Assembly (NCBI GenBank): GCA_018714725.1 | Contig: DVMZ01000172.1 | Location: 1-49,904 of the forward strand | Source: Candidatus Scatosoma pullistercoris | GTDB taxonomy: Bacteria > Bacillota > Clostridia > Christensenellales > Borkfalkiaceae | Reading direction: 5' to 3' | DNA: 49,904 nt | Shown: in pieces, positions 43,101-49,904 of the stretch | How positions within the stretch are numbered: position 1 is the first letter of the stretch | Layout: every line of letters starts with the position of its first letter | Position numbers and translations under genes: made by a program | Notes under the pieces: generated by a model | Told to the model about the DNA's origin: nothing | Database searches by the model: none | The model's input: the letters and a program-made list of their open reading frames with translations, nothing else

Positions 43101-43219
43101 ATATCATGATATGCGCCGCGCCCCCGCAATGTGACGGAAACAGAAAATTTTTCCTTGCCGCGCAAAACCGGACTTTGAATACTCCCGGACTTGCGGGCTT
43201 CCGGCCGGAGCGCAGAAAA

Positions 43220-43915
43220 TTATTCGTAAATAATCCTGCGGCAGTTCTCGCATTCGATGACGCCGCCGCCGCTGAGTTTGCCGCGCGCGGCAAGCGGGGG
43301 TTCCATTCCGCAGAAGGGACAGCGGTTGTCTTTGAGTTTTCCGACGACGGGGAACACCTTTTCCTTCCGCTTGATCTTGTATTTTTCCATCACCTGAGCG
43401 GGAATTTCCTTTCCGGCGACCTGCAACTCCGCCTCGATCGCCTTGCGTTCTCCCTCTTTGGAGGCCTTGACGGCATTGTATTTCTCGTAGGCGTCCTTGT
43501 ACTGCTTCTGCATCGCGATCACCTGCTTTTTCAGTTTCTGGTATTCGTCGTGCGTCGCGTTGATTGCCGCCGTAAGCGTCGCGAGATCCGCCTTGATCTT
43601 CTTCAGCTGATCGGAAAGGGAGAGCGCGCTCTTTTTATAGAACGCGATGTCCGCGCCGCCCGCCACCAATTCGTCGATGTGGGCGAAATCCTTCAGCGTG
43701 TCCTCCATTCTCAGGTATTTTTTGGTCAGTTCGATCGCCTCGTTTTTCAGCTGCGTCGCCTTCGCGTCGTAACCGTCCAGTTTGTCCGCCGCCGTTTCGA
43801 GGAATTTTTTCGCCTTGACGTATTCCTTGCGCTCCTCGCAGCCCGCAAGTTCCCGTTCCAGCGCATACAGCCGCTTGTCGATTTCCTGATAGTTCAAAAT
43901 TGCCTGCAAATCCAT
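43220..43915 (-). CDS. COG1579/DUF164-type coiled-coil protein with C-terminal C4 zinc ribbon
   Basis: 231 aa. Long heptad-rich region, then CPFCGM...CENCRRIIY. Typical partner gene downstream of nif3. Confidence 0.8.
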   Translation of the reverse strand: MDLQAILNYQEIDKRLYALERELAGCEERKEYVKAKKFLETAADKLDGYDAKATQLKNEAIELTKKYLRMEDTLKDFAHIDELVAGGADIAFYKKSALSLSDQLKKIKADLATLTAAINATHDEYQKLKKQVIAMQKQYKDAYEKYNAVKASKEGERKAIEAELQVAGKEIPAQVMEKYKIKRKEKVFPVVGKLKDNRCPFCGMEPPLAARGKLSGGGVIECENCRRIIYE

Positions 43916-43930
43916 AATTCACTCCTCCCG

Positions 43931-44740
43931 TCAGAGCAGTTCTTCGTCCGTATGGAACACACACGGCACGCCCGCCTGCCCGCGGATTTTGCGATAATAT
44001 TTTTCAAAGCCGTAATTTTCCGAGGCATAGTGGGTGAGTTGCACCACCGCCAGCCCCGTTTCCGACGCAAGCGTCAGAATGTGATGTTTGAAGTCGGACG
44101 ACACGACGACGTCCGCGCCTTCGCGCAGGGCAAATTCCAGCGAATCCTCTCCCGCGCCCGCGCCGCAGAAACTGGCCGCGCGGCATATTTTCCGTTCCGC
44201 CCGGCCGTACACCTCGACCCGGCGGGCGCCCAGTCCGGTTTTCACCGCTTCCGCAAACGCCGACAGCGGCAGTTCCCGGACGCCGTAGGCCCGGCCGTAA
44301 CCGCAACCTTCTCCGCTCAGCGGCTGCATCACGGCGGGCTTTGCCGTTCCGGCCGCACCCGTCGCCCCGCGGACCCCCTGCATCAGGCAATCGTCGATTC
44401 CTCCCGCCGCCGCGTCCAGATTGAGGTGCATGGAGACGACGGAAATGCCGTTTCTGAGACAGGCCGCGAGCTTGGCGCCCAGCGGATCCCCGACCCGGAT
44501 ATTGCCGATTCTGGAATAAATCGCGGGATGATGAGTCACGATCAGATTCGCGCCCGCTTTTTCCGCTTCCCGCACCGCCGCCGCGGACAGGTCGAGGGAA
44601 AAGAGGATTTTTCCGATGTCCGCGCCCGTATCGATCAATACGCCGCTGTTGTCGTAAGCGCCGTATTTCGCGCAGTATTCGTCGCTCAATGCCCTGGGCG
44701 CAGGCGCGTCGAGCAGAGCGTAAATTTCATTCAGTTTCAT
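43931..44740 (-). CDS. Nif3-family dinuclear metal-centre protein (GTP cyclohydrolase 1 type 2 homologue)
   Basis: ATG at codon 34 of the track ORF after GGAAGGAG. MKLNEIYALLD...DNSGVLID...LIVTHHP... Confidence 0.88.
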   Translation of the reverse strand: MKLNEIYALLDAPAPRALSDEYCAKYGAYDNSGVLIDTGADIGKILFSLDLSAAAVREAEKAGANLIVTHHPAIYSRIGNIRVGDPLGAKLAACLRNGISVVSMHLNLDAAAGGIDDCLMQGVRGATGAAGTAKPAVMQPLSGEGCGYGRAYGVRELPLSAFAEAVKTGLGARRVEVYGRAERKICRAASFCGAGAGEDSLEFALREGADVVVSSDFKHHILTLASETGLAVVQLTHYASENYGFEKYYRKIRGQAGVPCVFHTDEELL

Positions 44741-45404
44741 CGCCGAGCACTCCTTCCAGTCGTTTTTTGCGTTCCAGCAGCTGCGCGCGGCTCTCCTCGC
44801 CGAGCCGCTCCTCTTTGAGGTATTCCTCGACCGCGGCAAGCCGGCGGCGGGTACGTTCGAGAAAGTCCGCCGGACGTTCCCGCAGATTTTCCCTGCCGAA
44901 CTCGTATTCCTCGGGCGTATACGCCTGCGCGGCCTCGCCCGCTTTCAGGCGCCGGCCCTTGACGACGTCGTAGAACTTGCCGTCGCGGAAGGTGAAGTCC
45001 CGTTCGAGAAACGCCCCCGCGCCCACGAGATACCGCCTGAGACAGTCCGCGTTGTGCATGGGCTGAAAGACAAATTTTTCCGGCAGATAGCCGTAAAGGG
45101 GATGGGAGAGAATCCCGACGATCTCGTGCCCGCCCATGCCCGCGATCAGCACTTCGTCCGCACGCGGCAGGCCGCAGAACCCGTCTCCCAGCACCCCGAT
45201 CGCCCGGCCGGAGGATATGTAGCCGGCGAGCAGGCGCTCCGCCTTGGCCAGACTGCCTTTGCTGATGTCCGAAAACACCGCTTTTTTGCAGAGGGAATTT
45301 CCGAGCATGTATTCCGTGCAGTAACCGTGATCGCACCCCACGTCCGCGAAGACCTCCGCGGGTTCCAACAGCGAACACAGCGTTCCGATGCGTTTGGTAT
45401 ACAT
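44727..45404 (-). CDS. trmK: tRNA (adenine22-N1)-methyltransferase
   Basis: 225 aa. ...FADVGCDHGY... motif. Conserved position after rpoD. Confidence 0.88.
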   Translation of the reverse strand: MYTKRIGTLCSLLEPAEVFADVGCDHGYCTEYMLGNSLCKKAVFSDISKGSLAKAERLLAGYISSGRAIGVLGDGFCGLPRADEVLIAGMGGHEIVGILSHPLYGYLPEKFVFQPMHNADCLRRYLVGAGAFLERDFTFRDGKFYDVVKGRRLKAGEAAQAYTPEEYEFGRENLRERPADFLERTRRRLAAVEEYLKEERLGEESRAQLLERKKRLEGVLGDETE

Positions 45405-45408
45405 CGGT

Positions 45409-46461
45409 TCAGTCCAGAAAATCCTTGAGTTTCTTGCTCCTCGAAGGATGCCGGAGCTTTCTCAGCGCCTTCGCTTCGATCTGGCGGATACGCTCCCTCG
45501 TGACGTTGAACTCCTTGCCCACCTCTTCCAGGGTGCGGGGTTTGCCGTCGTCGATGCCGTAGCGGAGCCGGAGCACTTTCTCCTCGCGCGGGGTCAGGGT
45601 GTCGAGCACGTTCAGGAGCTGTTCTTTCAGCATGGTGAACGCCGCCGAATCGCTGGGGGTGGTCGTCTTTTCGTCCTCGATGAAATCGCCCAGGTGGCTG
45701 TCCTCTTCCTCGCCGATCGGCGTTTCGAGAGAGACGGGATCCTGCGCGATCTTCTGGATTTCGCACACCCGCTCTTCCGAGACCCCCATCTTTTCCGCGA
45801 TTTCCCGCGGAGTGGGTTCCCGGCCGTATTCCTGCAACAGAATGCGGGAAACCCGGGTGAGTTTGTTGATGGTCTCCACCATATGCACGGGGATACGGAT
45901 GGTACGCGCCTGATCGGCGATCGCGCGGGTGATCGACTGACGGATCCACCAGGTCGCATACGTCGAGAACTTGAATCCTTTCTGATAATCGAATTTTTCC
46001 ACCGCCTTCATCAGTCCCAGATTGCCTTCCTGAATGAGATCGAGAAAGAGCATGCCCCGGCCGACATAGCGCTTTGCAATCGACACCACCAGCCGGAGGT
46101 TGGCTTCGGAAAGCCGTTTTTTCGCGGCCTCGTCCCCGTCCTGCATGTGCTGAGCCAGCTCGATCTCCTCGTCCGCGGAAAGCAGCGGCACTTTGCCGAT
46201 ATCTTTGAGATACATCTTGACGGGGTCGTCCAGGCCGATGTCGGAAAGCGCCTGTTCAAACAATTCCTTGTCCCGCTCGTCCTCGTCCACGATCTGAATG
46301 CCCGCTTCGCCTAGGGATTTGTAAATATAATCGATCTGGTTGGGGTTGGTGTCGTACTTTTCCATGATGTCGCAAAGCGCGTTGGTGGAAATGCACCCTT
46401 TCATTTTGTAGTTGTTGATGATACCGCCTAAAATTTCATTGAGTTTCTGCTCGGATACCAT
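45409..46461 (-). CDS. rpoD: Primary RNA polymerase sigma factor (sigma-70/SigA)
   Basis: 350 aa. Regions 2-4 present: [27 protein letters not shown] and [30 protein letters not shown]. Confidence 0.96.
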   Translation of the reverse strand: MVSEQKLNEILGGIINNYKMKGCISTNALCDIMEKYDTNPNQIDYIYKSLGEAGIQIVDEDERDKELFEQALSDIGLDDPVKMYLKDIGKVPLLSADEEIELAQHMQDGDEAAKKRLSEANLRLVVSIAKRYVGRGMLFLDLIQEGNLGLMKAVEKFDYQKGFKFSTYATWWIRQSITRAIADQARTIRIPVHMVETINKLTRVSRILLQEYGREPTPREIAEKMGVSEERVCEIQKIAQDPVSLETPIGEEEDSHLGDFIEDEKTTTPSDSAAFTMLKEQLLNVLDTLTPREEKVLRLRYGIDDGKPRTLEEVGKEFNVTRERIRQIEAKALRKLRHPSRSKKLKDFLD

Positions 46462-46497
46462 GTTTTATCCTCCGTTTGATACCGGAACGGCCGCCGT

Positions 46498-48288
46498 TTA
46501 TTTTCCGCCGCCGTTTCTTTTGAGCCGTTTGGTGTATTCGTTGATTTCGCGGGCGATTTCCTTGCGCTTTTCCGCGTCCCGCTCCGTCTCGAAAAGACGT
46601 TTGTACCGTTCGATTCTGTCCCGCAGGTTCTCCTCTTCCAGCGTGCGGACGCTGTCGCGGAAAAACCGCTCCGCCACCGGCCCGGACAGCTTGTCCCCGT
46701 AGTTGAGATCGAGGATCTCGTTGAACTCCGGACTGTCCTCGTCCAGAATCTCGAAGAGTTCCGAAGGGCGCACTCTGTCCCCGTTGCGGGCGCAGGCAGA
46801 AATATATTCCGCTATGATTTTATGCACATTATCGTCAAATTCGATACCTTCAAAGTCGCAATTTTCCGCATAGGGAGCGGAAAAAAGTTTTGCCGCCAGC
46901 ACAAACCGCGCCGCTTTTTTATACTTGTCCGCACCCGTTTCCGAAGGAGGCGGCAGATAAATTTCCGTCTGTTTCCGCTCCGCGGGCAAATTGTGCAGAT
47001 CCCGTTCCAGGGACTGATAGGTGATTCCCGTCTTTTCGCGCAGCTTTTTGAGAAGGTCCTCTTTCTCGCTTTCGCTCTCCGCCGTGCGGACCACCTTCAG
47101 CGCTTCCGAAAGAAAAGCCCGCTTTTCCTCCGATTTTCCAAGATCGTATTTCTGTTCGAGGGAATGGATTTTATAATCGATGAGCGGCATGGCCGCGTCC
47201 AGACAATTTTGGTAGGCGTCCGCGCCCTGTTTGACCACATCGTCCGGGTCCAGCCCGTCCGGCAGCGGCACCACTTTTACGTTCAGATTTTCGTCTTTGA
47301 GAATTTCCAGTCCCCTCAGATCCGCCTTCTGTCCCGCGAAATCCCCGTCGTAACTGATGAGCACGTTCTCCGAATACCGCTTGACCAACCTCGCCTGGTC
47401 TTTGGTCAACGAGGTACCCATGGAAGCGACGACGTTTCTGAATCCCGCCTGATACAGGGAAATTGTATCCATGTATCCCTCGACGACGATCACTTCGCGG
47501 ATGGTCTGTTCGCGCTTGAGTTTTTTGAGAAGATTGATGTTATAGAGGGTTTTGCTCTTGTTGAACACCATCGTTTCCTTGGTGTTCTTGTATTTGGCGA
47601 AATCGGCTTTTTCCAGCAGTCTGCCGCCGAACGCCACCACTTCGTCAAAGGCGTTGATGATGGGAAAAATCAGCCTTCCGCCCTGGGAATCGATGAGTTT
47701 TCCGTTTTTCGATTCGGTCAGAACGCCGCTGTCGGTCAGTTCCTCTCTGGTATATCCCTTTCCCGCGAGATAATCGGGCAGGGAATAGAAATCGAGCGAA
47801 GCGCCCAGCCCGAATTTCTTCACCGTGGTGGGGGAAAGTTTGCGGCGGGAAATGTATTCCAGGTGTGCCTGCGCGCTTCCGCCGTACAGATTGGCGAGAT
47901 AAAACTTCGCGCTGTCCAGCAGAATTTTCACCATGGTATCCCGCTTGCGTTTGAGCTCCGCCGCCCGTTCGTTGTCGAAATCTCCTTCGGGCACCGGCAT
48001 TTTCGCACGCGCGGCGAGAATGCGGACGGCGCCCATGAAATCAGTGGATTCCATTTCCTGCACAAATTTCACCACGTCTCCGGAAACGCCGCAGCCGAAA
48101 CAGTGATAAAACTGATCGGCTTCGTTTACGGCAAAAGACGGGGTCTTTTCATGATGAAAGGGACAGCAGGCCCAGTAGTTTCCGCCCTTCCGGTCCAGCG
48201 CGACGTAGTTGCCGATCACCTCCACGATGTTGTTTTTTTGTTTGAGTTCCTGCATATAGCGGGGATCGATGCCTCTCCCGCCGCTCAT
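46498..48288 (-). CDS. dnaG: DNA primase
   Basis: 596 aa. Zinc-binding CPFHHEKTPSF...CFGC and a TOPRIM region EGYMD...DGD.AG. Confidence 0.95.
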   Translation of the reverse strand: MSGGRGIDPRYMQELKQKNNIVEVIGNYVALDRKGGNYWACCPFHHEKTPSFAVNEADQFYHCFGCGVSGDVVKFVQEMESTDFMGAVRILAARAKMPVPEGDFDNERAAELKRKRDTMVKILLDSAKFYLANLYGGSAQAHLEYISRRKLSPTTVKKFGLGASLDFYSLPDYLAGKGYTREELTDSGVLTESKNGKLIDSQGGRLIFPIINAFDEVVAFGGRLLEKADFAKYKNTKETMVFNKSKTLYNINLLKKLKREQTIREVIVVEGYMDTISLYQAGFRNVVASMGTSLTKDQARLVKRYSENVLISYDGDFAGQKADLRGLEILKDENLNVKVVPLPDGLDPDDVVKQGADAYQNCLDAAMPLIDYKIHSLEQKYDLGKSEEKRAFLSEALKVVRTAESESEKEDLLKKLREKTGITYQSLERDLHNLPAERKQTEIYLPPPSETGADKYKKAARFVLAAKLFSAPYAENCDFEGIEFDDNVHKIIAEYISACARNGDRVRPSELFEILDEDSPEFNEILDLNYGDKLSGPVAERFFRDSVRTLEEENLRDRIERYKRLFETERDAEKRKEIAREINEYTKRLKRNGGGK

Positions 48289-49310
48289 ACCGTAACACCT
48301 CCCAGGGAAAAAGTTTCGGGAATAAACAATCCTTCAAACACGCCGATCGCATACCTGTCCGTCATTCCCGAAAGATAATCGCAGACGATCTGTTCTTTCG
48401 GCGCGTTTTCGGCCAGAGCGAGATACTGCTCCGGCAGACGCTCGGGATATCTGAGAAAATATCCGTACATCGCCGTCAGCATTCTCTCCGCCCTGTCCTG
48501 CATGGATTTGTTGGTCAGAGAATAAATATTCCGGAACATGAAGGAACGCAGTTCGTTCATCGCGTCCGCCACATTTTCCGACATATGCACGCCGTCCGTA
48601 CCCGCGGAACGGAGATAAATATCGGTGATGACGGTGTTGATGCGCTCCCGCGTGGCATGTCCCAGCACTTCCGCCGCGTTTTTAGGCAGATCGGAATCTT
48701 TGAGGATCCCCGCCCGGATCGCGTCCTCGATGTCATGATTGATATAGGCAATCCGATCGGCCAGGGATACGGCGACGCCTTCCAGAGTGGCGGGATGTCC
48801 GGAACTCTTATGCTGTAAAATCCCGTCCCGGACCTCCGCCGTCAGATTCAGCCCGCGTCCGTCCTTCTCGATGACGTCCACCACCCGAAGGGATTGAACA
48901 TTGTGCTCGAATCCGGAGGGAGACAGCTTGTCCAGCACCCGTTCTCCGACATGTCCGAAGGGGGTATGTCCGAGATCATGGCCGAGCGCAATCGCTTCCG
49001 CCAGATCCTCGTTGAGAGCGAGCGCGCGGGCGATGGCACGGGCGATCTGCGCCACGTCCAGGGTGTGCGTCAGCCGGGTGATGTAATGATCCCCTTCCGG
49101 CGCAAAAAACACCTGCGTCTTGTTTTTCAGGCGCTTGAAGGAATTGCTGTAAATAATCCTGTCCCTGTCCCGCTGAAAATCGGTGCGGAACGCACAGGGC
49201 ACCTCCTTCCTCGCCCGCCCCGCCGTCTCTGCGGATTTCTTCGCGTACGGGGAAAGATAGCGCGATTCCATTTCGTACGTCCGTTCCTTTACAGGACGTC
49301 CTTCCGTCAT
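48285..49310 (-). CDS. dgt: dGTPase-like HD-domain deoxynucleoside triphosphate triphosphohydrolase
   Basis: 341 aa. ...RLTHTLDVAQIAR...GHDLGHTPFGH... HD motif. ATGA-type overlap with dnaG. Confidence 0.88.
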   Translation of the reverse strand: MTEGRPVKERTYEMESRYLSPYAKKSAETAGRARKEVPCAFRTDFQRDRDRIIYSNSFKRLKNKTQVFFAPEGDHYITRLTHTLDVAQIARAIARALALNEDLAEAIALGHDLGHTPFGHVGERVLDKLSPSGFEHNVQSLRVVDVIEKDGRGLNLTAEVRDGILQHKSSGHPATLEGVAVSLADRIAYINHDIEDAIRAGILKDSDLPKNAAEVLGHATRERINTVITDIYLRSAGTDGVHMSENVADAMNELRSFMFRNIYSLTNKSMQDRAERMLTAMYGYFLRYPERLPEQYLALAENAPKEQIVCDYLSGMTDRYAIGVFEGLFIPETFSLGGVTV

Positions 49311-49772
49311 CTTCCTCCTCCTTTTTCGGGCTGCCGTCCTTTCCCGTTCCCGGCCCGCCGGGCCCGGACACCCGTCCGATCTTCCGGCCCTAACTCGCCT
49401 CCTGCACTTGTATTTGCCCGCTCTTATTTGTCCGCTCTCCCCGACTTTTCCGGAATTTCAAAAAAGGACAGAGCTTTTCCGGCATTGCGGGGAAATCTTA
49501 GGCACTCCGGAATCTCGGGAAACTCCGAAGTTTCCGGAGTGCAGAACGTACAAAAAAACGCCCCCGGAAAGCGGCATCTGACAGTTCCCGACAATTTAAC
49601 AATAATATATACGATTTTTCCCCGCCCTTTTCCTCTTTTTTTTCGCAAAAAACAAGGATTTTTTTGTTTTTCCCGCCCGGAGAAGCCGAAAACTGCCTTT
49701 CCTGCCGTGCCGAAAGATTTTCAACAGCCGTAAGACCGACCGGAATGCTCCCGTGCCTCTGTGGATTTTCAG

Positions 49773-49805
49773 AAATAAATTCAAAACCACCAGTGAACTG
49801 GTAGT
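49773..49805 (-). terminator. Intrinsic terminator of an upstream minus-strand unit that starts beyond the right edge
   Basis: The minus strand reads ACUACCAG-UUCA-CUGGUGGU (49805-49786, 7 of 8 bp), followed by UUUGAAUUUAUUU. Anchored on track ORF 49498..49842. Confidence 0.5.
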
Positions 49806-49845
49806 TTGCACATACCCTAAAAGGGTTTAGTTGCCGGCACACCCG

Positions 49846-49904
49846 TCAACGGGTATCGAAATTTGGCAACGCATCACTATCTCGGGCAGCCGCTATGTCG
49901 CGGC
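49846..49904 (-). CDS. Possible C-terminal 18 codons of an unidentified gene truncated by the right window edge
   Basis: The only open minus-strand frame at the edge is ...RDIAAARDSDALPNFDTR*, with TGA at 49848-49846, ~40 nt before the terminator. Too short to identify. Confidence 0.2.
   Translation of the reverse strand, partial: RDIAAARDSDALPNFDTR

Noticed and set aside
49806-49904. Idea that the right-edge sequence is the 3' part of a known structured RNA (RNase P, tmRNA, riboswitch).
   Set aside because: I could not match any conserved core (no tmRNA 3' acceptor-like end, no T-box, TPP, cobalamin or SAM signature). The fragment is too short. It is kept only as a low-interest note.

Overview
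GC-rich Firmicutes/Clostridia-type chromosomal segment with about 45 protein genes, all but four on the minus strand. I recognised no rRNA, tRNA, CRISPR array, transposase or integrase. Left end: a complete L-rhamnose catabolic operon (rhaB-rhaA-rhaD-rhaM-fucO, with fucO cut by the window edge) and a divergent DeoR-type regulator. Next is a small accessory stretch: a NodB-type deacetylase, two tiny translationally coupled ORFs (a DUF11-like fragment plus an extremely cysteine-rich peptide), an alpha/beta esterase and an LtaS-family membrane protein. Then come housekeeping lysC, cdaA, holA and comEC. The standout is at 16.6-23.4 kb. It holds a 1885-aa single ORF that fuses a DUF4011-like region, an Upf1/DNA2-type SF1 helicase core with a ~560-aa insertion, a restriction-endonuclease-like module and a DUF3320-like tail. 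This ORF has its own near-consensus promoter. Upstream sits a 66-aa XRE repressor gene. Its back-to-back promoter region carries two ACCAA-N5-TTGGT palindromes and a perfect TTGACA-17-TATAAT promoter that drives an orphan Lys/Arg-rich ORF. The right half is classic conserved synteny: a PolC-like N-terminal/OB/exonuclease protein lacking any polymerase part, then rimP-nusA-ylxR-ylxQ-infB-rbfA-nrnA. It continues with ispG, nrdR and rarA; a patatin (ylbK-like) gene, ylbJ, pheA, DAHP synthase, coaD and rsmD; a membrane protein, 5-formyl-THF cyclo-ligase and alr; and a COG1579 zinc-ribbon protein, Nif3, trmK, rpoD, dnaG and dgt. All calls rest on reading the supplied translations and the DNA by eye. 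No database search was run. Family names are from memory of characteristic motifs.
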